Shown one piece after another: positions 21,605 through 32,048 of a stretch of DNA of 50,632 nt. The notes beneath the pieces were generated by a model. It was not told the origin of the DNA. It made no database searches and worked only from the letters and a program-made list of their open reading frames with translations. Position numbers and translations under genes: made by a program. Each line of letters starts with the position of its first letter. Within the stretch, counting starts at the first letter, position 1. The stretch is from Chlorobiota bacterium (GTDB lineage Bacteria; Bacteroidota; Ignavibacteria; Kapaibacteriales; UBA2268), in assembly GCA_041595255.1 (NCBI GenBank), contig JBFHKR010000003.1, forward strand, positions 1 through 50,632. Reading direction: 5' to 3'.

Positions 21605-23242
21605 TTAATTTATCATAATCTTTCTATGTATAGCCTTATTAGAGGAATGAATCTTTAAGAAGTAAATTCCAGTTCCAAAATTACTAGTATTTATAGATTT
21701 GATATTAGTATTCGAATCAATACTTAATATTCTTACTCCTATATAATTGAATATTTCTATATTTCTGATTATCTCTTTGCTTTCGATTTCAATTCTATCA
21801 TTTGATTGATTTATAAATAAATCTTTTATATCATCGAAATAAACTGATGTCTGATTATCATATAATTCACATGTAAAATCTGAACCCGACTCCAAATACC
21901 CCATAGGTATCAACTCTTTTCCTGCTAATGCTGGGTGTTCTTTAGAAATTCGTTCTACTCTAAATACTTGATTTACAGTAGTTACTTCACCTTGGTTTGT
22001 AATATTATCGTTCGATTTAGTTGGATTAACGTATTGCCAAACCTTTTGACCATCTCTATTAATTTCTGTGAACTTACCTTTAGCTCCTTCGCATATTAGT
22101 GTGTTCCCATTTGGTAATCTTTGTGAGCCTGATAAATGCATACTATAGAAATTCGAATCTGGTTGATCAATATAAGTCCAATAAGGGTGAGTTGGTCCAA
22201 ATCTATTATTCTTAAAAGCATAATTACCATCCTCATCTAACTCAGGTGCTATAATATGAATTGCTGAATAATTTTTACCTGCTTTGTTATTGAATACTAA
22301 TATTTTACCTCCATCAGGTAGACTGTCTGGAATCCAATGAGGATCATGTTGAGTTACAAGTCTGATATCATCTTCTGTTCCTTGTCCATAAGACATTGGG
22401 TTTCCCCAACGATAGAGTATATCACCACCATGTCCATATTTTCCACCTTTGTCTGTTCTAGCTTCAGCTGTAGTAGTAGAGTGGTCAATAATTATAACTT
22501 CGCCGAAATTATAATTGCTCAACATAATTTGGTCTAATCTTGGGTTATAATCAACTGAATTGAAATGGAGCCAATCTACACTATATAATCCTAATGTTGA
22601 ATAGTTTAAGTTAATTTTCCTTGGATTAGTTACATCGCCATAATTATCCTTTTCTTCAGAATAATCTTGTACATAGTGATCCCAAGAGTCCCATTCCCAG
22701 ACCACTTCACCACCTCCATTTATTAAATCTGGCTTTATCTCTATTAATTTCTCAGACCAAAGTTCAAGCATCTGAATCTCTCTACCTGCTTGTATAATCT
22801 CGTCTTGAGTATGTGAAACCCATACTAATGCCAGTATATTACCATTTGGCAAAGGTTCTATATCATGATGTTGACATTGAATACTATCAGAAATATAGTA
22901 CTCCCATATTATATTGCTTTCCCAATCTAACATTTGAATAAGACCTCCATTACCACCTGCTGTGAAATATGGATTATAGGTTCTTCCTGTCCTAAGCAGA
23001 ATCCCGTTATCTAATAAATAAGCTATATTACCAGGAGTTGTTGTGGAAGTCCATGAATGTACTTTTTCACCACAGTTATCAATTAGATATGTTGTTTTAC
23101 TTGCGGTTGGAGAGAATAATGTGTACCCATCGTAAGATTGAGGAGTATTAAAAAAGAGACCAACTGTTTGTTCTGAATATAAGTTATTCATTATCATAAT
23201 AGTTAAAACTATTAATACTATTTTTTTCATAATTAAGTCCAT
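21605..23242 (-). CDS. Aryl-sulfate sulfotransferase (ASST)-family protein with T9SS CTD, paralog 1 (likely start MKKIV at 23230)
   Basis: GYTLF, QHHDIE.LPNGN, DWLHFNS, QHDPHW and SGSQRLPNGNTLICEG motifs; CTD GIYFLKI. Confidence 0.85.
   Translation of the reverse strand: MDLIMKKIVLIVLTIMIMNNLYSEQTVGLFFNTPQSYDGYTLFSPTASKTTYLIDNCGEKVHSWTSTTTPGNIAYLLDNGILLRTGRTYNPYFTAGGNGGLIQMLDWESNIIWEYYISDSIQCQHHDIEPLPNGNILALVWVSHTQDEIIQAGREIQMLELWSEKLIEIKPDLINGGGEVVWEWDSWDHYVQDYSEEKDNYGDVTNPRKINLNYSTLGLYSVDWLHFNSVDYNPRLDQIMLSNYNFGEVIIIDHSTTTAEARTDKGGKYGHGGDILYRWGNPMSYGQGTEDDIRLVTQHDPHWIPDSLPDGGKILVFNNKAGKNYSAIHIIAPELDEDGNYAFKNNRFGPTHPYWTYIDQPDSNFYSMHLSGSQRLPNGNTLICEGAKGKFTEINRDGQKVWQYVNPTKSNDNITNQGEVTTVNQVFRVERISKEHPALAGKELIPMGYLESGSDFTCELYDNQTSVYFDDIKDLFINQSNDRIEIESKEIIRNIEIFNYIGVRILSIDSNTNIKSINTSNFGTGIYFLKIHSSNKAIHRKIMIN
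21650..21970. repeat. 321-bp direct repeat, copy 1 (pairs with 23771-24091)
   Basis: Ungapped manual alignment, 7 mismatches counted by eye. Confidence 0.9.
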
Positions 23243-23725
23243 GAAATCATATTTAGCAATGCTGTAACTTAATTATAATAACAGTTTAATCAATATTTCA
23301 TAAAATGAGGAATTTTTTAATTTTGTTACACTTTTTATAAAAATAAAGCCAAATTAATTTTACTATCAGTGATGTAAAGTAACAATTCATTTATATATTA
23401 TCATGTAACTAACTAGACCGTCTAATCTATATCTATAGACTCTATAATTAATTAGTTTTCACCAATGTTTCGGTATCTCACTCAAATGTAAGCAGTAGTG
23501 TATTTTCTTTGGAAAAAGAAATGGAGGTTCTTTCGTAAGTATTGACTATTAAATCAATTTTATTTTAAAAGATTAGGACTCAAGGAATAAAACCTTATAA
23601 TAAATTATAAATAAAGGGGATAGGTTGATATTTGTTCTGATCTTTCTGTTTTATAATTTTTATAAATAAATTGACTTTACTGTAAATTAAAATTCAATGA
23701 TAAAAAGTAACAAAAAAAATGAAAA

Positions 23726-25360
23726 TTATTTTAATATAACTTTACTAAATACCGTTTTGTTAAATAAATTAATCTTTAAGAAGTAAATTCCAGTTCCCAA
23801 ATTACTAGTATTTATAGATTTGATATTAGTATTCGAATCAATACTTAATATTCTTACTCCTATATAATTGAATATTTCTATATTTCTGATTATCTCATTA
23901 CTTTCGATTTCAATTCTATCATTTGATTGATTTATAAATAAATCTTTTATATCATCGAAATCAACTGATGTCTGATTATCATATAATTCACATGTAAAAT
24001 CTGAACCCGACTCCAAATACCCCATAGGTATTAACTCTTTTCCTGCTAATGCTGGGTGTTCGTTAGAAATTCGCTCTACTCTAAATACTTGGTTGCTATT
24101 ACTTGTCTCTCCTTGGTTTAGCAATAAGCCATTGAATCCTGAAGGACTTACATATTGCCATACTTTTTCTTTGTTAGGGTTAATCTCAGTGAATCTACCT
24201 ATCCAACCTTCACATAATAGAGTATTACCATTAGGAAGTCTTTGTGATCCGGAGAGATTTTTGCTATAAAAAGTTGTGTCTGGATTAGCTATATAATTCC
24301 AATATATATCATCTGGACCGAAATATCCATTTTTAATTATATAAGTTCCTTCACTGTCGATTGGAGGGTCGATGATTATTATTTCAGAGTAGTCTTTACT
24401 CCCATCTCCGGCGATATTATTAAATATCATTACTTTACCACCATCTGGCAGACTGTCTGGAATCCAATGTGGATCATGTTGGGTTACAAGTCTGATATCG
24501 TCTTCAGTTCCTTGTCCATAAGCAAGAGGGTTGCCCCATCTGTATAGTATATCTCCGCCGAAACCTGCTTTTCCACCTTTTCCTGTTTTAGCTTCTTCTG
24601 TTGTTGTAGAGTGGTCGATTATAAATACTTCGCCAAAATTGTGATTACTTAGCATTATCTGGTCTAATCTTGGATTATAATCAATAGAATTAAAATGCAA
24701 CCAATCTTTATTGTTAAATCCTCTAGTACTATAATTTAGGTTGATTTTTCTAGGGTTCGTAACATCACCAAAATTATCCAAAGCTTCTGAGTAATTTTGA
24801 ACATAGTGATCCCAAGTATCCCATTCCCATACTATTTCACCACTTCCATTAACAAAATCAGGCTTGACCTCAATTACTTTTTCGGACCATAATTCACTTG
24901 GTGATAATTCTCTTCCTGCCTGCTCTGCTTCTTCCTTTGTGTGTGTTGACCAAAGAAGTATAAGGACATTGCCATTTGGCAATGGTTCTATATCATGATG
25001 TTGGCATTGTGTTGAGTCAGAGATATTATATTCCCAAATTAGATTACTCTCCCAATCTAACATTTGAATTAACCCTCCGTTTCCACCAGCGTTGAATTTC
25101 GGATTAAATGCTTTGCCTGTTCTTAACAATGTACCATTTTCAAGTAAATAAACAGTGTTACCTGGAGTTGTATTAGTAACCCAATGATGCACTCTTTCGC
25201 CACAATTATCTATGAGGTAAGTAGTATCACTAGCGGCAGGTGCAAATAATGTATATCCATCGTATGATTGAGGTGTATTATAAAATAGACCAACTGTCTG
25301 TTGTGAATATAAATGAGAACTTATTAATAATATAAGTATACTCAAAATTACTTTTTTCAT
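23726..25360 (-). CDS. Aryl-sulfate sulfotransferase (ASST)-family protein with T9SS CTD, paralog 2
   Basis: Same motifs as paralog 1 and colinear with it over the full length. Confidence 0.85.
   Translation of the reverse strand: MKKVILSILILLISSHLYSQQTVGLFYNTPQSYDGYTLFAPAASDTTYLIDNCGERVHHWVTNTTPGNTVYLLENGTLLRTGKAFNPKFNAGGNGGLIQMLDWESNLIWEYNISDSTQCQHHDIEPLPNGNVLILLWSTHTKEEAEQAGRELSPSELWSEKVIEVKPDFVNGSGEIVWEWDTWDHYVQNYSEALDNFGDVTNPRKINLNYSTRGFNNKDWLHFNSIDYNPRLDQIMLSNHNFGEVFIIDHSTTTEEAKTGKGGKAGFGGDILYRWGNPLAYGQGTEDDIRLVTQHDPHWIPDSLPDGGKVMIFNNIAGDGSKDYSEIIIIDPPIDSEGTYIIKNGYFGPDDIYWNYIANPDTTFYSKNLSGSQRLPNGNTLLCEGWIGRFTEINPNKEKVWQYVSPSGFNGLLLNQGETSNSNQVFRVERISNEHPALAGKELIPMGYLESGSDFTCELYDNQTSVDFDDIKDLFINQSNDRIEIESNEIIRNIEIFNYIGVRILSIDSNTNIKSINTSNLGTGIYFLKINLFNKTVFSKVILK
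23771..24091. repeat. 321-bp direct repeat, copy 2 (pairs with 21650-21970)
   Basis: Ungapped manual alignment, 7 mismatches counted by eye. Confidence 0.9.
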
Positions 25361-25411
25361 TATTTACTCAGTGATTATATCTTAATACTTAAATATACTT
25401 TTTATGCGAGA

Positions 25412-27535
25412 TTAGTTACACACTAAAGTACATTTTATCTTTCCAGTTTTACTTTTACCCCAGATTTGTTTTTTCACAAATCCATGGCCTTCTATTTGTA
25501 CGGCTATTCCATTTGATTGGAGTACAGATATTGCTCTACGCATAGAAAAACCCAAAACATCATGCTTTATGTCTGTATCTAGAGTGGTTGTATCTATCTT
25601 CGCCAGTGGAAATCCAGTTGTTAGAACTAATTCTTCATTCCCCTTCACTAATTGACCAGGTTGAGGATATTGATTATATACGAATTTACCTTCTTCTATT
25701 TCCTCGTAGTCGAATTGATATTTAGATAATACTCTATTAGCTTCTGTTGCTTTCATACCAACTATATTTGGCATCAATATACTATCATTTTCAGCTTTTA
25801 GTAAGTTTTTAATATCATCGTATCCTTTCGAAAGCATCCAACGAGAAGCTATGTTCTTGAATATGGGAGCTGAGTTGAACCCACCGTATATACTACGTCG
25901 AGGGTTTTCTACTATTACTATCATAGCTATTTGAGGATTGTCAGCCGGGAAAAAACCTGCAAATGAAGCATTATAGTCACTTTTCGAATATCTTCCATTA
26001 GTGATTTTTTGAGATGTCCCTGTCTTTCCTGCAATTTTCATTCTTTCTATTTGAGCTCTTTTCCCTGACCCACTATCAACCACTCCTACAAGCAAATCTG
26101 TAACTCTTAGAGCCGTTTCTTTCGAAACCACTTGTCTTACTTTTTCGGGTTTATTTTGCTCTATTATTTCTCCAGTTGCTGTACTAATTTCTTTGATTAT
26201 AAACGGACGCATAAGGTTACCACCATTTGCTAGTGCAGCATAAGCATTAACAACTTGAAGTGGGGTAGAGTTTAATCCGTAGCCATGTCCCAAATATCTT
26301 TTAGTATTTGCGTGAAATTGCTTTGGCTTTGGAACATATCCGGATACTTCTCCAGGCAAATCAACATCAGTTGGTAATCCAAATCCAAAATCCCTAATAT
26401 ACTTATATAGAACTTCATTGGATAATCTATTTGCAACCTCTCCCATTATTATATTAGAGGAATTATGCATTGCTTCTCTAAAAGTTACTTTTCCCATACC
26501 ATGGACATCAGCTATTCTAGCGCCACCTTTATATACAGCTATCCCGTTATGTCCATTCAATACTTCATCTTCAGATACAACACCTTCTTCTATACCCATT
26601 GCTGCTGTTATCATTTTAAATGTAGAACCTGGTTCTAAAACATCAGTGATTCCTCTCAGACGCATTCCTTCATTCGAATTCTCATCAATGTGATATGGAT
26701 CAAACATGGGGTATGATGCTATAGCGAGTATCTCACCTGTCTGAGGACTCATTGCTATTACTGTACCAGCTTCAGCGAGTAATCGTTCCATACCAGTACG
26801 AAGCTCATATTCAACTATTCGTTGTAATTCGATATCAATTGTAAGCTGAATACTATTTCCGTGAACTGGTTCTACTACTGGCAAGTCAGGAGAAGGTCGT
26901 AACCTTCGTAATCCGTCGCGGTACATCTGCATAAATCCACTTCTGCCATGAAGTACAGAGTCATATTGCATCTCTAAGCCACTAATACCTTTGTTGTCAA
27001 TATTAGTGAATCCTATTATCTGCGAGCCGGTAGCTCTATAAGGGAAATTTCTTTTAGGTTCTTCTATTTTAAGCAGACCTTTTTCATTTAGAGGTAGTGT
27101 ATTCTTTAGTAAGTCTGGTGATACTCCTCTTTCTAACCATACGAAAGAACCTTTTGCTCTATTGATCTTAGATTTATATTTAGATGCTGGTTTACCTAAA
27201 TCTAATGACAGGGCATTGCAAAGTTTATTTACATTTACAAGCAAAGTAGGATCTACAGCTATTGAAATTGTCTTAAATGTAGTAGCTACAAGGTTACCAT
27301 TTCTATCATAGATATTACCTCTATCAGCACGCAAATCTATTTTTGACTCATGTTGTCTTTTCGCTATTGCTGTATATTTCTCGTTATCTAATATTTGGAC
27401 TGAAAACAACCTTACAACTACCATTACAAAGCCAAATAATATAAAACCCATCAGTGACCAAAATTTCCAAAACTTTCCTTTAGGTCCTTTATAGTCTTCG
27501 TTTTCTTCCCAATATGTATTAATCTTTGACTTCAT
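25412..27535 (-). CDS. ftsI: Cell division transpeptidase FtsI/PBP3 with PASTA domains
   Basis: N-terminal TM, RGNIYDRNG, GLE, SxxK (STFK), SxN (SSN), KTGT, and C-terminal PASTA (MPNIVGM). Confidence 0.93.
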   Translation of the reverse strand: MKSKINTYWEENEDYKGPKGKFWKFWSLMGFILFGFVMVVVRLFSVQILDNEKYTAIAKRQHESKIDLRADRGNIYDRNGNLVATTFKTISIAVDPTLLVNVNKLCNALSLDLGKPASKYKSKINRAKGSFVWLERGVSPDLLKNTLPLNEKGLLKIEEPKRNFPYRATGSQIIGFTNIDNKGISGLEMQYDSVLHGRSGFMQMYRDGLRRLRPSPDLPVVEPVHGNSIQLTIDIELQRIVEYELRTGMERLLAEAGTVIAMSPQTGEILAIASYPMFDPYHIDENSNEGMRLRGITDVLEPGSTFKMITAAMGIEEGVVSEDEVLNGHNGIAVYKGGARIADVHGMGKVTFREAMHNSSNIIMGEVANRLSNEVLYKYIRDFGFGLPTDVDLPGEVSGYVPKPKQFHANTKRYLGHGYGLNSTPLQVVNAYAALANGGNLMRPFIIKEISTATGEIIEQNKPEKVRQVVSKETALRVTDLLVGVVDSGSGKRAQIERMKIAGKTGTSQKITNGRYSKSDYNASFAGFFPADNPQIAMIVIVENPRRSIYGGFNSAPIFKNIASRWMLSKGYDDIKNLLKAENDSILMPNIVGMKATEANRVLSKYQFDYEEIEEGKFVYNQYPQPGQLVKGNEELVLTTGFPLAKIDTTTLDTDIKHDVLGFSMRRAISVLQSNGIAVQIEGHGFVKKQIWGKSKTGKIKCTLVCN

Positions 27536-27866
27536 ATTCCTCTATGAATAATGGAGCTTCATCTGATAGCGTCATATTCAAATTTTCAGTTGCTATTCGT
27601 ATAATTCTTTCTGGAGATTGTAATCTTTTTACTCTGCTATCCGTCATTTTTCTTTTATTTTCTAGATCATCTATTTTGCGTTCTAAATTACGAATCTCAC
27701 GAAGCAAAGCTGTAGTATCATTAACATTGCCAACGTATAAAACACCTGCTGCAGCTATTATAATTAGGTATAGTACTATAACCCAACGGTTTAGGTTGAG
27801 CCAGTTTCTAAAGAATTGGCTGATTTGTGACTTGCTGTTTTTGATATTTATGCCGTTTTTATCCAC
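27519..27866 (-). CDS. ftsL: Cell division protein FtsL-like
   Basis: 115 aa, single TM, leucine-zipper coiled coil, LQSPERIIRIA..L.M motif; overlaps the ftsI start. Confidence 0.85.
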   Translation of the reverse strand: MDKNGINIKNSKSQISQFFRNWLNLNRWVIVLYLIIIAAAGVLYVGNVNDTTALLREIRNLERKIDDLENKRKMTDSRVKRLQSPERIIRIATENLNMTLSDEAPLFIEEYEVKD

Positions 27867-28112
27867 TTATTTATGCTTCTCCCCCCGAAGAAGATATTTA
27901 TAATTGCAAAATATCAAATCAATCAGAACAAAAAAAATACTTTTTATTTTTGAAATAAGAAAAAAAGTTATAACTTGCCTTTGAACGAACACACCGAGTA
28001 TCCTATTTATTCAAAATAATAGACTTATTTTTCTACAAATCTCGCAGAAGTTCAATTCAAACTTAAAATTTCAATAAATGAATATTATAAATTATTTCTT
28101 TAAAAAGATGTT

Positions 28113-29498
28113 ATGAAACAACGAGACAATAGAAGACCGAAGAGGAAATTCTCTTCCGGAAGAGAAACAAGTGGTTATAAGAGAACTAGCCACATAACTC
28201 CATCACAAGCACCTCCTCCAGTTCCTATAATTGATATAGATGAACTTAAAACAAAAAAAATCTCCGAACTAAACGAAATATCCAAGTCCCTAGGGATTGC
28301 AGGTATTAGTGGACTCCGAAAACAAGACTTAATCTTAAAGATAGTAGAAGAACAGCGCAGTAAACGTGAACAATCTGCTAATGATGATGGTCTTTTGGCG
28401 AGCGGTGGCGTTTTAGAGGTATTACCTGATGGTTATGGGTTCCTTCGTTCCCAAAGTTATAATTACCTGCCCTCACCTGATGATATTTATGTCTCACCGT
28501 CTCAAATCAAAAGATTCGGAATGCAAACAGGTGACACTGTTACTGGTATGGTTCGCCCTCCAAAAGAAGCAGAAAGATTTTATGCATTACTCAAAGTTGA
28601 AACAATAAACTTTTCAGCTCCTGAAACTATACGAGACAGAATATTATTTGATAATCTAACTCCGCTTTATCCTGAAGAAAAGCTAAGCTTAGAATCTATT
28701 CCTACTGATTACTCAATGAGAATAGTAGATATGCTTTCTCCTATAGGTAAAGGGCAAAGAGGGCTAATAGTTGCACCTCCTAAATCAGGTAAAACTGTTA
28801 TTCTTCAAAAAATGGCTAATGCGATTGCGCGTAATCACCCTGAAGTAAAGCTAATAGTTTTACTTATAGATGAAAGACCAGAAGAAGTTACTGATATGGA
28901 ACGCTCTGTGAAAGCTGAAGTAGTAGCGTCTACATTTGATGAGCCACCAGAGAGACACGTACAAGTTGCAGAAATGGTAATCGAAAAATCTAAGAGATTG
29001 GTAGAGGCTGGCCAAGACGTAGTTATACTACTCGACTCTATTACTCGTCTAGCGCGTGCATATAATACAGTTATCCCTCATTCGGGCAAGATACTATCGG
29101 GTGGTGTGGATGCAAATGCATTGCATAAACCTAAGAGATTCTTTGGTGCCGCACGTAATATAGAAGGTGGTGGATCTCTTACAATAATAGCAACAACACT
29201 TATCGAAACAGGCTCTAAGATGGATGATGTAATCTTCGAGGAGTTCAAAGGTACTGGTAATATGGAGCTAGTATTAGATAGAAAAATTTCAAACAGAAGA
29301 GTTTATCCTGCTATTGAGGTTAATAAATCTGGTACTAGAAAAGAAGAATTACTAATAGAAGAAGATAAACTTCGTCGAATCTGGGTACTCCGTAAAGTAC
29401 TTAACGAAATGGAATCGGTACAAGCCGTTGAGTTTCTATTGGATAGATTGCGCAACACTGAGAACAATGATCAATTCCTAAATGGTCTTAACTCTTAA
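28113..29498 (+). CDS. rho: Transcription termination factor Rho
   Basis: [47 protein letters not shown] and EEFKGTGN motifs. Confidence 0.98.
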   Translation: MKQRDNRRPKRKFSSGRETSGYKRTSHITPSQAPPPVPIIDIDELKTKKISELNEISKSLGIAGISGLRKQDLILKIVEEQRSKREQSANDDGLLASGGVLEVLPDGYGFLRSQSYNYLPSPDDIYVSPSQIKRFGMQTGDTVTGMVRPPKEAERFYALLKVETINFSAPETIRDRILFDNLTPLYPEEKLSLESIPTDYSMRIVDMLSPIGKGQRGLIVAPPKSGKTVILQKMANAIARNHPEVKLIVLLIDERPEEVTDMERSVKAEVVASTFDEPPERHVQVAEMVIEKSKRLVEAGQDVVILLDSITRLARAYNTVIPHSGKILSGGVDANALHKPKRFFGAARNIEGGGSLTIIATTLIETGSKMDDVIFEEFKGTGNMELVLDRKISNRRVYPAIEVNKSGTRKEELLIEEDKLRRIWVLRKVLNEMESVQAVEFLLDRLRNTENNDQFLNGLNS

Positions 29499-29523
29499 GT
29501 ACAAAGAAAAATCTATAAAATTG

Positions 29524-29552
29524 AAGGCTGTCCGAATAGGGCGGCCTTTTTT
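29524..29552 (+). terminator. Intrinsic terminator after rho (possibly bidirectional)
   Basis: AAGGCTGTCC-GAATA-GGGCGGCCTT hairpin followed by a T-run. Confidence 0.8.
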
Positions 29553-29558
29553 ATTAGA

Positions 29559-30164
29559 TTAGAAAATATACTGTATAAACCCACTAAATACCGAAAAGTC
29601 AATTAATGCGGTTAATACTAATCCCGCTATTGCTCCCCATAAATGAGCATTGTGGTTTACATTATCTTGCGATTTCTTATCGGCATACCAGCAATATACT
29701 AAGTAAAGAATTGCGAAAATTGGTGCTGGTATAGGTATAGGGAAAAACATTATATAAAGACTCATCTCTGGGTCGTAAAGTATATAACTAAACAATAAAC
29801 CAGAGATTGCTCCTGAAGCACCAAGGACTGCGTATCTTGGGTTGTTTTTGTTTTTTAAGTAAGTCGGTATATCAGCTAATATCATAGAGCCTAGATATAT
29901 AATTAAGAACTGTAACCCCCCTACATAACTCTCATAGTTAAATGCAAAGAAATAGAAGGTCATCATATTGAATCCTAAATGGAATAAATCTGCATGGATA
30001 AAGCCACTTGATATAAATCTATACCACTCTTTGTTCTCTTCTACAGCTACTGGTATTAGCATTAGTTTGTTGAAAAGCGATTGCCTTCTATATATTACGA
30101 ATAATGAAAGCAATATAGTAAATATAAAAATAGTAGTTGAGAATGGGGTTAAGTTAATATCCAT
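29559..30164 (-). CDS. Rhomboid-family intramembrane serine protease
   Basis: WYR, FIHADLFHLGFNM, GASG (catalytic Ser) and AHLWGAIAG (catalytic His). Confidence 0.95.
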   Translation of the reverse strand: MDINLTPFSTTIFIFTILLSLFVIYRRQSLFNKLMLIPVAVEENKEWYRFISSGFIHADLFHLGFNMMTFYFFAFNYESYVGGLQFLIIYLGSMILADIPTYLKNKNNPRYAVLGASGAISGLLFSYILYDPEMSLYIMFFPIPIPAPIFAILYLVYCWYADKKSQDNVNHNAHLWGAIAGLVLTALIDFSVFSGFIQYIF

Positions 30165-30166
30165 GT

Positions 30167-30769
30167 TTATTTTCGTTTATTTTCGTTCCAAGTTTTGTAT
30201 TTATTTTGTTGTATTTTTCTGTTTTTAGGTATTTCTCTTAAAGGTTCACATGGTTTTAAAGTCTCTTTTAACTCCTGAGGTAGTTGTTGATATAACTTAG
30301 TACCTTCTGTTTTCCAATCTAGCATTTGATCCGATACATCCTTGACTATTTTTGCAGGATTCCCCACAACTACCTTCCTATCAGGTATTATCATCTCTGC
30401 TGGTACGAAGCATAGAGCGCCAATAATACACCCGTCTCCTACTATAGCATTATCCATTACTACGGCATTCATACCGACTAAAGTATTTCTACCTATCTCT
30501 CCACCATGGATTATAGCTCCATGACCTATATGTGCCGATTCTTTAAGTAATACAGTTATCCCTGGAAACATATGAATAGTGCAATTCTCTTGCACATTGC
30601 AACCGTCTTCGATTACTATACCACCCCAATCACCTCTTATTGCTGCCCCAGGGCCTATATAAACATCTTTGCCAATTTTTACATTTCCTGTAACTGTAGC
30701 ATTAGGATGGATATAAGCTGATTCATCTATAACTGGGATGAATCCATCAAATTCGAAAATATTTGCCAT
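30167..30769 (-). CDS. Gamma-carbonic-anhydrase-like hexapeptide-repeat protein (PaaY/CaiE family)
   Basis: IRGDWG, NVQENCTIH and HIGHGAIIHG motifs; C-terminal PLRE...R tail as in PaaY. Confidence 0.88.
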   Translation of the reverse strand: MANIFEFDGFIPVIDESAYIHPNATVTGNVKIGKDVYIGPGAAIRGDWGGIVIEDGCNVQENCTIHMFPGITVLLKESAHIGHGAIIHGGEIGRNTLVGMNAVVMDNAIVGDGCIIGALCFVPAEMIIPDRKVVVGNPAKIVKDVSDQMLDWKTEGTKLYQQLPQELKETLKPCEPLREIPKNRKIQQNKYKTWNENKRK

Positions 30770-32034
30770 TATCTAGGTATAGTTATTGTTACTTTAGTTC
30801 CTTTGTCCAATTCACTTTCTATTTTCATATTGCCGCCTAGTAAATCCAAATTATGCTTGATAATAGATAAACCAAGTCCGGTACCTTGTACTAAACTTGA
30901 GATTTTGTCTTCTCTTTTAAAAGCTTCTGTTAGATTGTTAATATTCTCTTTAGCTATCCCAATTCCTCTATCCCTTACAGTGATTATACAATTGTAACCA
31001 TCTGCAATCATTTTTAGTTTAATTTTAGGTTTTTCGGAGGAATACTTTATAGCATTAGATAGTAAGTTGTTCACTATTTGATTACAAAGTACTTTGTCAG
31101 AATCTACAAATACGTTTCCTTCTGGTATTTCGAGTTTTACTACTTTATTATATGCTTTATTGTTTTCTACCAGTGTCTTTACTTCTTTACGAATATCAAA
31201 TACTTTTTTGGAAGCTTTTATTTCACCGTGCTCGAGTTTACCTATGTTAAGCACGTTTTCCATTAATGCTGTCATTGTATCTATTGACTTAGAGATTTTA
31301 TCTAAGTTTTTATAAAACTTTTCTTCGTCACTTCTTTCGTAAGATTTTTCTAATAAGAAAGTAGCAGATTGAATAATAGTTAAAGGAGTTCTGAATTCAT
31401 GAGAAACCATTGATATAAACTTAGTTTTCAGTTTATTTAATTCCATTTCATTAGCTAAGGCTTTCTCTATCTGACCTTTTACTACGTTCAGCTCTTTCTG
31501 AGATTCTAATCTCTTTAGATTTTCTTCTTGTAGGTCACTATTTATTTTTTCTAGTTCTTGAGTCCTTTTATCAACTTGTTCTTCAAGTTGCTTAATAATG
31601 TGTCCTACTTCTTCTTTTTTTGTATGACTAATCGTAACATCTTCTACTACTACGCAAAGTCCATAAACTGTGTTGTTTTCATCTATTAGAGGGAAGTAAG
31701 TATCTTTATAGTAAGATCTTTCTAGTGCTTCTTCGCCATATTGTTCTACTACTGTGAAATTCTCACCCACTAAAGCGCGGTCAAAGTTTCTTTTAGCTTT
31801 ATCTCTATCGTTTTCGATATGTATATAATCGAGTATATTGTGACCTAACTTAATATCTACAGCCCAAATATTGTTCATTATATAGCTATGTAGCTTATTA
31901 AAATATAGATAGTTATAGTTTTTGTCCAAAGCGAAAACTACAAGATTGGGATGGCAATCAAGAATATGAGATAGTATTGATGTATTTTTCATTTCATCTA
32001 ACATATATGCAATATATGGAATTAAATAATACAC
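30769..32034 (-). CDS. Cytoplasmic PAS-domain sensor histidine kinase (real start probably ATG at 31992)
   Basis: PAS-like N-terminus, coiled coil, H-box SHEFRTPL, N-box NLLSNAIKYS, G1 DRGIGI and G2 GTGLGL. Confidence 0.93.
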   Translation of the reverse strand: MYYLIPYIAYMLDEMKNTSILSHILDCHPNLVVFALDKNYNYLYFNKLHSYIMNNIWAVDIKLGHNILDYIHIENDRDKAKRNFDRALVGENFTVVEQYGEEALERSYYKDTYFPLIDENNTVYGLCVVVEDVTISHTKKEEVGHIIKQLEEQVDKRTQELEKINSDLQEENLKRLESQKELNVVKGQIEKALANEMELNKLKTKFISMVSHEFRTPLTIIQSATFLLEKSYERSDEEKFYKNLDKISKSIDTMTALMENVLNIGKLEHGEIKASKKVFDIRKEVKTLVENNKAYNKVVKLEIPEGNVFVDSDKVLCNQIVNNLLSNAIKYSSEKPKIKLKMIADGYNCIITVRDRGIGIAKENINNLTEAFKREDKISSLVQGTGLGLSIIKHNLDLLGGNMKIESELDKGTKVTITIPR

Positions 32035-32048
32035 AATACAGTAACAAT

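Noticed and set aside
23243-23725. Long 483-bp gap between ASST paralogs as a possible ncRNA or gene remnant
   Set aside because: Very AT-rich, with only tiny palindromes (e.g. TAGAC-C-GTCTA). I found no terminator, stable structure or credible ORF.
21650-24091. DGR-type TR/VR pair in the sulfotransferase paralogs
   Set aside because: The mismatches are not adenine-specific on either strand, both copies lie in full-length genes, and there is no RT.
27526-27903. 125-aa + strand ORF
   Set aside because: Antisense shadow of ftsL with no recognisable motif.
30167-30769. Phenylacetate catabolism cluster
   Set aside because: Only a PaaY-like gene is present with no other paa genes, so no gene symbol was assigned.
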